A model generated the notes under the pieces. The model did no database searches, had not been told where the DNA came from, and worked only from the letters and a program-made list of their open reading frames with translations. Positions 23,446 through 32,000 of a stretch of DNA of 32,000 nucleotides are shown here, one piece after another. The stretch is from Nostoc punctiforme PCC 73102 (GTDB lineage Bacteria; Cyanobacteriota; Cyanobacteriia; Cyanobacteriales; Nostocaceae): contig NC_010628.1 in NCBI RefSeq assembly GCF_000020025.1, positions 6,990,001 through 7,022,000 of the forward strand, read 5' to 3'. Each line of letters opens with the position of its first letter. Position 1 is the stretch's first letter. The translations under genes were made by a program, and so were the position numbers.

Positions 23446-24843
23446 TTAAACTTCAATAGCCGTCTCTTTCTCCTCAATTTTTGGCTCTGAACTAAGCCGA
23501 TCTAAAATTTCTAAAACCTCTTGTTCAAAAGCAACTTGGGCGCGATTAGTTTTGCCACCAACATATAAGAGATCGCCTTTTTGCAATGCCCATATTTGTG
23601 AATGAGAAAAGTAACTCATCACCACACCCAACATTAATAAACCAAACCCTGAGTAAACAATTGGTATGCCTGGATCGGCTTTAATTTGTAAGCCAGTGCT
23701 ACCAATAACATCCAGAATTTTCAGCTTCACGCCATTGACTTGAGTGGACATACCAGCACGGACTGTATCAACTAATTTACCATTGGGATCATAAATTAAT
23801 ACCATCCCTTGCAAGTCTTTGGCTAGTAAAGAAACACCCTCGCTTAAATCCGGTTTAGTAGGAACCCAGGTTCCCCAAATGCGCCCTTGTCCTTTGGTGT
23901 TCAATAGCGCCATTGGTAGTTGAAAAATTGGGCTATTGTTAAATTGGACGCGAACACCTGCAATTCCCCAATCAGTTTGGTAGAAGGTTATGCCCCGATA
24001 GCGCAGAGGCTCGTTGACAAAAATCTTCTTGTGGTCAACTTCCTCTCCCTGCTTATTTAAGACAGACATATCGGAATAAAATTGATCGATGCCGCCAGAT
24101 GGAGTGTAATCAATCCAAAAACGATTGACGCGCACAGACCAATCTTTCGAGACTTGGGCGGCTAATGGGCCAGCATCGACAATATTTGTGACTTGAAATG
24201 TATCGCCACTAGCAACCATTTCCTGTGCCATAAACCCAGTCATCGCCCCCCAAATTCCCCCTAGCAAAATAGCGACGATGCCAATATGAACGATAATTGG
24301 GCCGATGCGTCCGACTATTCCTTTGCGGGCATAGAGGATATTTTCTTTTTCTCGATCTGGAAAAATTTTATAGCGGCGTTTCTGTAATAGTTGGCTGAGA
24401 GAATTTAGAGAACCATTATCTAGTTCTGCACTTAAAGCTAATTTTTGAAATTGCCGTGGTTCTTCGTAATATTTCCAGCGTTGGGCAGCTTTTAAAGCTG
24501 GTAACTGACGGGTAAAAGAACAAGCAGTTAAGCTAGTACCAAATAAGATGAGTAATGCTAGAAACCACCAGGTACGATATACATGGTCTAACCCAACTAC
24601 CTGAATTACCTTCCAAGTTAAGAAACCAAATAAAGCTGGATGTTCTGGGTAGTTAGCCTGATAAAATGCGGGTGACTGACCTTGCTCAATTACAGTACCA
24701 GTGGAGCTAAAGATTGCAATCAATAGCAGTAGTGCGATCGCTAGTCGTAAGTTAGTCAGTACGGGCAAAAGCTCTTGCCGTAAGAACTGCCCAGGTATTG
24801 CCCACCATTTTAATTCTTTGGACGCTGAATCTTCTAAAGTCAT
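23446..24843 (-). CDS. ccs1: Cytochrome c biogenesis protein Ccs1/CcsB (ResB family)
   Basis: 465 aa. The N-terminal region [36 protein letters not shown]...[23 protein letters not shown] is typical of ResB/Ccs1. It is adjacent to ccdA. Confidence 0.85.
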
Positions 24844-24873
24844 TACGTGTAAAATCTAACAAAGGTATTGATA

Positions 24874-25614
24874 TTAAAAATTGCCGAGGGGAATCCGAGA
24901 AATTAAGGAAAATACACCGAATCCTACCAACAGCGCCCCGCTAACTGGGTTAATCCAACCAGACCAGCGACGCAATTCTAGTAATTTTTTAATTGAAGCT
25001 GTAAAAGTACCCGCCAAAATCAATGGTGCTACATAACCGGCTGTGTAAGAAAGTAGCAAAACAGCGCCTAAAATTAAGTCTTGTGTATTGGCAATCCAAC
25101 CCAGTAAACTGGCTAAAACAGGCGTGCTACAAGGGGATGCGACTAAGCCGAAAGTCAGACCCAGTAAATAAGAACGCAATCCTATAGGTAAATCTTGCGA
25201 AATCCAATTCGTTTCGCCCAAGGATGGAAATTGCAGAGGTAGTGCTTCTAGTAAGTTCAGCCCCATGAGAATGGCAATAATACTGACGATAATCGGCAAA
25301 CCAATTCCCACTTGTCCATAGACTTTTCCTACCAAAGCTGCTATTATACCCATCCCTGCTAACGTAGTTGCTAATCCTAAAGCAAACCAAGTTGATTGGG
25401 CAGCTGCTTGCAAGCGGTTTTTGGCTTCATAACCACCGATGTAACCAATGGTAATTGGCAGCATAGAAAGCATACAGGGTGTAAGACTCGTGAGCAAGCC
25501 GGCTACAAAGATGATACCAACACTGACCACGCTAAGGTGTGCCAGTTGGTTAGAAACGAGGCTGTTGGCAAATTGTTCTAGTTGGTAAATTTGGGTTTGC
25601 AGGTTATCAAGCAT
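24874..25614 (-). CDS. ccdA: Cytochrome c biogenesis thiol-disulfide transporter CcdA (DsbD-like)
   Basis: 246 aa polytopic membrane protein. It carries the two conserved Cys contexts LTSLTPCMLSMLP and LVASPCSTPVL. Confidence 0.85.
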   Translation of the reverse strand: MLDNLQTQIYQLEQFANSLVSNQLAHLSVVSVGIIFVAGLLTSLTPCMLSMLPITIGYIGGYEAKNRLQAAAQSTWFALGLATTLAGMGIIAALVGKVYGQVGIGLPIIVSIIAILMGLNLLEALPLQFPSLGETNWISQDLPIGLRSYLLGLTFGLVASPCSTPVLASLLGWIANTQDLILGAVLLLSYTAGYVAPLILAGTFTASIKKLLELRRWSGWINPVSGALLVGFGVFSLISRIPLGNF

Positions 25615-25795
25615 GGGGAGTTTCTGAGCGGGAAATGCTTACTCTGCTTGAATTGTAGCTTATTTTTGTCTGTAGAGTCAGCAGAAGTGATTATCCAAAG
25701 CTGATATCATCTAAATTTCATCTGGCCAAAGAAATGTATCTAAAATACAATTAAGCTCGAATTATCTCGGAAGAAGCACGGCTGGAGCATTTAGC

Positions 25796-28700
25796 ATGAT
25801 GATTGCATTACCCGGATTTAAAATTGTCACTTTGTTAAAAGCAGGGGTAAAAGCAGTTATATACCGTGGAATCAAGGTTAAAGACCAGTGTCCGGTAATT
25901 ATCAAAGGGCTACGTTCAGAACAGTGTACACCCAATAATATTGAACAACTCAAACATGAGTATGCGATCGCTCAAAAGTTAAATATCGCCGCCGCAGTCC
26001 AGGTTTACGCCTTAGAGATGCACCAGGGAATCCCTTATTTGATTATGGAGGATTTTGAGGCGCGATCGCTTGACCAGTTGCTAGACCAATTTCAAGAACC
26101 TGTTTCGTTCTTAAAGATTGCTATTGAAATCACCAGCAAACTCGCACAAATTCACACTCATCACATTGTCCACAAAGATATTAAGCCACAAAATATCTTA
26201 GTTAACCTGGAAACCAATCAGGTTAAAATTGCCGATTTTGGAATTGCTACTTTCATTCCATATCAGCAGCAAATAGTTAGTAGTTCCAGTCGTATTGAAG
26301 GCAGTTTACCTTATCTTTCACCTGAACAAACCGGGCGGATGAATCGAGGGATTGACCATCGTAGCGATTTGTATTCACTGGGAGTCACCTTTTATGAGAT
26401 GCTCACAGGTCAGCTACCATTTCAAGGCAAAGACCCATTAGAGTGGGTGCATTGTCATATTGCCCAATCTCCGCCATCTCCGAAAAAGCTCAACTCTGAT
26501 ATTCCCCAAATGCTCTGTGACATCATCATCCAATTGTTGTCAAAGGTTGCAGAACAGAGATATCAAAGCGCTTTAGGTTTGCAATTTGATCTGGAACGGT
26601 GCTTAAAGCAATTGGAGACAACCGGAGAAATTCAATCCTTTGTTTTGGGTGAGCAAGATATCTCAGAGCGCTTTCAAATTCCCCAAAAATTGTATGGGCG
26701 AGAACAAGAAATTGCCAAGCTTCTGCAAGCATTTGAGCGAGTTGTTACCCAAGGGAAACCAGAAGTTGTGTGCGTCTCTGGCTATGCTGGGGTTGGTAAA
26801 TCTTCTCTAGTGAAGGAGATTCACAAGCCCATTGTGAGAGAACGCGGGGTTTTTATCTGTGGTAAGTTTGACCAGTACAAACGAGATATACCTTATTCCA
26901 CTATTGTTCAAGCTTTTCAAACACTCGCTCGACAAATTTTAACGCAGCCTGAAGATCAACTTGCCAATTGGAAAAAGCGAATACAAGCAGCATTAGGAAA
27001 TAATGGTAAATTAATCGCAGATGTAATTCCAGAAGTTGAATTAATCGTTGGAGAACAGCCACCTATACCAGAGTTGGGGCCTGCCGAATCTCAAAACCGA
27101 TTCAATTTAGTGTTTCAGAATTTTATCAGTGTCTTTGCTCAAAAAGAGCATCCACTCACTGTTTTTTTAGATGATATGCAGTGGGCAGACAGCGCTACTT
27201 TGAATTTAATTCAAAGCGTCATGACTGAATCTAATATCCAGTATCTCTGCTTCATTTTAGCCTATCGAAATAATGAAGTAGATGTTGTGTATCCCTTTAG
27301 TTTGATGATAGGGAAGGTTTGCCAGTATGGAGCAAGAATAACTGAAATTCTTCTTACTCCCTTGAATCTTGTTTATATAAATCAGTTGATTGCTGATACA
27401 TTGCATAGTTCAGCAGAACGAGTAGAATCTCTGGCTCAATTGATTATCCAAAAAACTGATGGGAATCCTTTTTTTGTCAATGAATTTTTGAAAACATTAC
27501 ATCAAGAAAATCTGCTAATTTTTAACCTCTCTCAATCCTCCCTTTCTAAGGAGGAAAGTAGAGGGGAATGGCAATGGGATCTAGCTCAGATTGAAGCCCA
27601 AGGGATTACAGATAATATTGTCAGTTTGATGATTGGGCGGATGCAAAAACTGCCAACCGCAACTCAAGAGATGCTTAAGTTAGCCTCCTGTATTGGTAAT
27701 CGTTTCGATTTAAAAATTTTAGCGGTCGTTGGTGAACAATCTATTGAAGAAACAGCAAACGCACTTGTTGAAGCAATTTTAAGAGGATTAATTATCCCCA
27801 TAGAGTCAGATGAAACTGCCCATAAAAACTATCGTTTCTATCACGATCGAGTTCAGCAAGCTGCATACTCATTAATTGCTGATGAATCGAAGTCGGCAGT
27901 TCACCTGAGAATTGGGCGACTTTTGCTGAAGAATGCTAGTTATGAAAAAGTTAACGAGCAAATCTTTGATTTAGTCAATCAACTCAATTTCGCAGTTGAT
28001 CTGATTATTGAACAGGCAGAAAAAGATGAATTGATTCGGTTGAATTTAATTGCTGCTAAGAAGGCAAAAGCTTCTACAGCCTACACTCCTGCTAAAAAGC
28101 TTTTTAGCATTGCCATGAATCTTTTAGCTGAAAATGCCTGGATTGAACAATATGAACAAACATTTACCCTATTCAGAGAACTAGCTGAGTGTGAATTCTT
28201 AACGGGAAATTTAGGACAAGCGCAAGAATTATTTGAAATCCTATTCAGTAAAGCAGCATCCTATATGGATAAATCTAATATTTATATGCTGCAAATCAGA
28301 CTCTATCAAGTTGCAGGGAGGTATGAAGAAGCGCTGATATTGGGATTAGAAGCTTTAAAACTTTTTGGGGTGACATTCCCTGATACAAATGAGGAAGTGC
28401 AAGCTGCGATCGCAATTGAAAAAAACCAAGTACTAACCAATCTAGGTAATAGACAAGTATCTGATTTAATTAATTCTATAGTAATCCAAGATCCAAATAT
28501 TAAAACAGTCATTAGTCTGTTGACGACTTTGGGACCACCTACTTATCTTGGTAGACCCGATCTCTTTCCCTTAGTCGTACTTAAGGCAGTTAACTACTCA
28601 CTCAAGTTTGGCAATACGGAAGATTCCTGTTTTGCTTACAGCATGTATGCCATGTTATTGGTTTCCATCTTCCATGATATTCCTACAGGGTACGCATTTT

Positions 28701-31700
28701 CTGAGATGACAATTCAATTAAATGAAAAGTTACATGATTTGAAACTCAGAGGAGTTGTTCTACACATTCATGGAAGCCATATTAACGTTTGGTGTAACCA
28801 CATTGCTACCGATATTCCCTTTTTAGAACGGGGATTTATTGGTTGTGTGGAAGCTGGTGATGTAACGATGGCGAACTATAATGGTTATCAAGGCTCGTGG
28901 CAAATTATCCAGTTAGGTTTTCCACTTGCAGAAACATACAAATCGCTAGAAAAATATACTGCATTCGCCCGTCAGTCTAAACATGAGACTGTCTACCAGA
29001 CAATCAAACTACAGCAAATGCTACTGATGAATCTGCGCGGACTGACTCACCACAATCTGACTCTCAGTAATGATGAATTTAATGAGTCATCCGCTTTATC
29101 TATCATTACAGATGCCGATTTTGTTAGTGGAACTATTTTTTATCATATTATTAAATTAATTATATTTTTTACTTATGGAAAATATACAGAGGCATTTAAT
29201 TCTGCCTTAGAATTGTCTAATTTTCCAGTAAAGACACTAGCATCACTAATTGAAACAGATTACATTTTATATTACTCACTGACTCTAACGGCTCTTTATC
29301 CTACAGTATCCGGTCAAGAGCAAGAACAGTTTTTACAATCCCTAGAATCCCATCAAAAGCAATTGCAATACTGGGCTAACCACTGCCCTGAAAACTTCTT
29401 ACACAAGTCTCAATTAGTAGCGGCTGAAATAGCTCGAATTCAAGGTCGAAACTTGGAAGCAATGCGCTTGTACGATCAATCAATTGCTTCAGCCCGTGAA
29501 CAGGGATTTGTACAATATGAAGCTTTGGCTCATGAGCTAGGCGCTAAGTTTTACTTTGAGCGAAAGTTTGAACTAATTGCCAAAACTTACTTACAAGAAT
29601 CTAAAAATGCTTATATACGCTGGGAGGCATCTGCTAAAGTTAAGCACCTCGAAGAATCCTATCCTCAGCTATTGCCACGACAACAGCTTGTCTCTAATGG
29701 AACGTTTTTCAGCACAGGTGAGCATTTGGACTTTTTATCAATAGTTAAAGCCTCTCAAACTATATCTAGTGAAATTGTTCTTTCGCGGTTGTTGAAGACA
29801 TTAATGCAGATTGTCATCGAGCAAGCAGGAGCAGAAATCGGTTATTTATTGCTTGAACACGAGCAAAATTTGGTAATTGAAGTAGAAGCTAAAGTTAATC
29901 CCCAAGCTGAAAAGCTCAATGTTTCTCGACCCGTATTTCAAGGCGAAATTTCACAATTAATTCCGCAATCAATGCTGAATTATGTTCAACGAACTCAAGA
30001 AACAGTGATTTTGCAAAATGCCACTGAGCAAAATCTGTTTTCGGGAGATGAGTATGTAATCCAAAAACAACCTAAATCCGTACTTTGTTTACCGATCGCA
30101 CGTCAGTTTAAATTACTTGGTATTTTGTATCTAGAAAACAATCTCATCCCCAGCGCTTTTACACAGGAAAAACTTTCCGTACTAGATATTTTAACAGTTC
30201 AAATAGCTATTTCTCTAGAAAATGCTCGTCTTTATCAAGGTTTAGAGAATAGCCAAGAACAGCTTAACCTCGCTTTGAAATCTGGCAAAATTGGCGTTTG
30301 GAGTTGGGATATTGCCAATAATCTATTTGACTGGGATGAACAGGTTTACCAACTATTTGGGTTAACACCTGAAACTTTTGTTGCAACCTCTGAAACAATT
30401 TTAGCCCGTCTGCATCCAGATGATAGGTCATTGCTGGCTCAATCGTTGAGCCGAACCATTAGCGAAGGCGTAGAGCATGATTTAGAATATCGAATGATTC
30501 GAGATGATAGTAGTATCCGCTATCTAGCCTGCCGGGGAAAAGCCTTTTTCAACAAAGCAGGTAAAGCCACACACATGAGTGGTGTTGTGCTTGATATCAC
30601 AGATCGCAAACAAGCTGAAGCCGAACGTATCCAGCTAATTCAAGAGCAAACCGCCCGACAGGAAGCAGAAGCCGATCGCCAACGAGCAGCATTTTTGGCT
30701 CAAGTCAGTGCCACCCTTGCTTCTTCTCTCAATTACGAAAGCACGCTAGCAAGCGTGGCAAACTTAGTTGTGCCTTACTTCGCCGATTGGTGCAGCGTCG
30801 ATCTGCTACAAGACAACCAATCAATTAATCGGGTAGCAGTTGCCCACCGAGATCCAGAGAAAGTTAAACTCGGTTGGGAACTTCATCAGCGTTATCCGAG
30901 AAAGTTGGATGAACCAGTAGGTGTGCCTAAAGTACTGCGTACAGGAATTCCTGAAATGGTAACTGAAATCTCAGATGCACTCTTAGCAAAAGGCATTCCA
31001 GATGCAGAACATCTAAGGATTATACGTGAAATTGGTTTAAAGTCCTGTATGATGTTGCCCTTGATGGCACGTGAAAGAATTTTTGGTGCAATTTCCTTTT
31101 TTACTGCGGAATCAGAACGTCGTTACAGCACGGTTGATTTGTCACTAGCTGAAGATATTGCCCATCGAGCAGCGATCGCCATTGATAATGCCCGCCTTTA
31201 CCAAGAAGCGCAGCAAGCCCAAAAAACGGCAGAGATAGCCCTAGAGCGCATTGCCCGTCTCCAATCGATCACGGCTGCCCTTTCAGAATCGCTGACACCA
31301 GCCCAAGTATCTGAAGTCATTGTAGAACAGAGTATGGCTGCTTTGGGAGCCAATTCTGCCCTCGTCGCCTTACTGAATGAAAACAAGACTGAACTAGAAA
31401 TTGTGCAGACAGTTGGCTATAACCAAGATTTAGTGGACGCTTGGCGGCATTTTCCTATTGATTCACCTTCCCCTTTAGCCGAAGCTGTGCGGACTGGACA
31501 ACCTGCTTGGGCTGAATCAAGACAAAATAGAATAGCTCGTTACCCTCATCTAGCTGAAGCTTACGCCCAATATGACATTGATGCCTGGATTTCTATTCCA
31601 TTGATGGTAGAGGGTTCGGCAGTTGGAGGTATAACTTTAGGATTTGCCCAACTTCAAGAATTTAGCGAAGAAGATCGAGCGTTTATGTTGGCTGTTGCTC

Positions 31701-32000
31701 AACAATGCGCCCAAGCGATCGCTCGCGCCCACCTTTACGAAGCTGAACTAACGGCGCGGAATGCTGCTGAATCAGCAAACCGCATCAAAGATGAATTTTT
31801 AGCCGTGCTATCCCATGAACTGAGAACCCCGCTTAACCCGATTCTCGGTTGGACAAAGCTGATGCGGAGTCGTAAACTTGACCAAGCAACAAGCGATCGC
31901 GCCCTCGAAACCATTGAGCGCAATGCCAAATTACAAACCCAATTAATTGAAGATTTGCTTGATGTCTCCCGCATCCTTCAGGGTAAACTTAACCTCAACT
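25796..32000 (+). CDS. Multidomain sensor: Ser/Thr kinase, AAA ATPase, TPR-like, GAF, PAS, GAF, GAF, His kinase (HstK-type); 3' partial
   Basis: This gene is not in the ORF track because it has no stop in the window. I translated it by hand from ATG 25796 (MMIALPGFKIVTLLKAGVKAVIYRG...). The kinase catalytic loop is HKDIKPQNIL followed by DFG. The P-loop is GYAGVGKSS (about 26780). The HisKA H-box is FLAVLSHELRTPLN (31796-31837), in the same frame as the start. An upstream in-frame stop lies at 25712. Confidence 0.85.
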   Translation, partial: MMIALPGFKIVTLLKAGVKAVIYRGIKVKDQCPVIIKGLRSEQCTPNNIEQLKHEYAIAQKLNIAAAVQVYALEMHQGIPYLIMEDFEARSLDQLLDQFQEPVSFLKIAIEITSKLAQIHTHHIVHKDIKPQNILVNLETNQVKIADFGIATFIPYQQQIVSSSSRIEGSLPYLSPEQTGRMNRGIDHRSDLYSLGVTFYEMLTGQLPFQGKDPLEWVHCHIAQSPPSPKKLNSDIPQMLCDIIIQLLSKVAEQRYQSALGLQFDLERCLKQLETTGEIQSFVLGEQDISERFQIPQKLYGREQEIAKLLQAFERVVTQGKPEVVCVSGYAGVGKSSLVKEIHKPIVRERGVFICGKFDQYKRDIPYSTIVQAFQTLARQILTQPEDQLANWKKRIQAALGNNGKLIADVIPEVELIVGEQPPIPELGPAESQNRFNLVFQNFISVFAQKEHPLTVFLDDMQWADSATLNLIQSVMTESNIQYLCFILAYRNNEVDVVYPFSLMIGKVCQYGARITEILLTPLNLVYINQLIADTLHSSAERVESLAQLIIQKTDGNPFFVNEFLKTLHQENLLIFNLSQSSLSKEESRGEWQWDLAQIEAQGITDNIVSLMIGRMQKLPTATQEMLKLASCIGNRFDLKILAVVGEQSIEETANALVEAILRGLIIPIESDETAHKNYRFYHDRVQQAAYSLIADESKSAVHLRIGRLLLKNASYEKVNEQIFDLVNQLNFAVDLIIEQAEKDELIRLNLIAAKKAKASTAYTPAKKLFSIAMNLLAENAWIEQYEQTFTLFRELAECEFLTGNLGQAQELFEILFSKAASYMDKSNIYMLQIRLYQVAGRYEEALILGLEALKLFGVTFPDTNEEVQAAIAIEKNQVLTNLGNRQVSDLINSIVIQDPNIKTVISLLTTLGPPTYLGRPDLFPLVVLKAVNYSLKFGNTEDSCFAYSMYAMLLVSIFHDIPTGYAFSEMTIQLNEKLHDLKLRGVVLHIHGSHINVWCNHIATDIPFLERGFIGCVEAGDVTMANYNGYQGSWQIIQLGFPLAETYKSLEKYTAFARQSKHETVYQTIKLQQMLLMNLRGLTHHNLTLSNDEFNESSALSIITDADFVSGTIFYHIIKLIIFFTYGKYTEAFNSALELSNFPVKTLASLIETDYILYYSLTLTALYPTVSGQEQEQFLQSLESHQKQLQYWANHCPENFLHKSQLVAAEIARIQGRNLEAMRLYDQSIASAREQGFVQYEALAHELGAKFYFERKFELIAKTYLQESKNAYIRWEASAKVKHLEESYPQLLPRQQLVSNGTFFSTGEHLDFLSIVKASQTISSEIVLSRLLKTLMQIVIEQAGAEIGYLLLEHEQNLVIEVEAKVNPQAEKLNVSRPVFQGEISQLIPQSMLNYVQRTQETVILQNATEQNLFSGDEYVIQKQPKSVLCLPIARQFKLLGILYLENNLIPSAFTQEKLSVLDILTVQIAISLENARLYQGLENSQEQLNLALKSGKIGVWSWDIANNLFDWDEQVYQLFGLTPETFVATSETILARLHPDDRSLLAQSLSRTISEGVEHDLEYRMIRDDSSIRYLACRGKAFFNKAGKATHMSGVVLDITDRKQAEAERIQLIQEQTARQEAEADRQRAAFLAQVSATLASSLNYESTLASVANLVVPYFADWCSVDLLQDNQSINRVAVAHRDPEKVKLGWELHQRYPRKLDEPVGVPKVLRTGIPEMVTEISDALLAKGIPDAEHLRIIREIGLKSCMMLPLMARERIFGAISFFTAESERRYSTVDLSLAEDIAHRAAIAIDNARLYQEAQQAQKTAEIALERIARLQSITAALSESLTPAQVSEVIVEQSMAALGANSALVALLNENKTELEIVQTVGYNQDLVDAWRHFPIDSPSPLAEAVRTGQPAWAESRQNRIARYPHLAEAYAQYDIDAWISIPLMVEGSAVGGITLGFAQLQEFSEEDRAFMLAVAQQCAQAIARAHLYEAELTARNAAESANRIKDEFLAVLSHELRTPLNPILGWTKLMRSRKLDQATSDRALETIERNAKLQTQLIEDLLDVSRILQGKLNLN

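Overview
The window looks like chromosomal DNA from a filamentous, Nostocales-type cyanobacterium. The evidence is frequent GCGATCGC (HIP1) palindromes, a 7-bp STRR repeat, xisH/xisI genes and an HstK-type sensor kinase. It divides into three parts. (1) Positions 1-10.1 kb hold a type 1 BREX locus: the brxC C-terminus, pglX, pglZ and brxL. An antisense xisH-xisI pair sits between pglX and pglZ, and a brxA-like gene lies convergent to brxL. (2) Positions 10.1-20.4 kb are an accessory block. It contains a ribbon-helix-helix gene, three small plus-strand genes with repeated leader or terminator hairpins, a 21-bp x 9 iteron-like tandem array, a large TPR-CHAT protease gene with very similar 138-bp internal repeats, and a small convergent ORF. 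It ends with a tnsB-tnsC-tniQ module that reads like the type V-K CAST (ShCAST) transposition genes, bounded by a left end with five TnsB-type sites terminating in TGTACA at 20421. I found no cas12k, tracrRNA, CRISPR array or right end anywhere in the window. Either everything left of tniQ, including BREX, is cargo of an element longer than 20 kb whose guide module lies beyond the left edge, or this element lacks Cas12k. (3) Positions 20.4-22.2 kb are a decayed insertion hotspot. A second inverted Tn7-like end sits 4 bp from the first, followed by a DDE transposase fragment and an IS110/IS1111-family IS of about 1.37 kb. That IS has permuted 8-mers at its boundaries and a long structured 3' non-coding region that may be a bridge or seek RNA. 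Housekeeping genes follow (pstS, ccs1, ccdA), then a partial Ser/Thr-kinase/AAA/GAF/PAS/His-kinase gene of more than 2068 codons. That gene is missing from the ORF track because it runs off the window. All homology calls come from reading motifs and from memory of the protein families. No searches were run.
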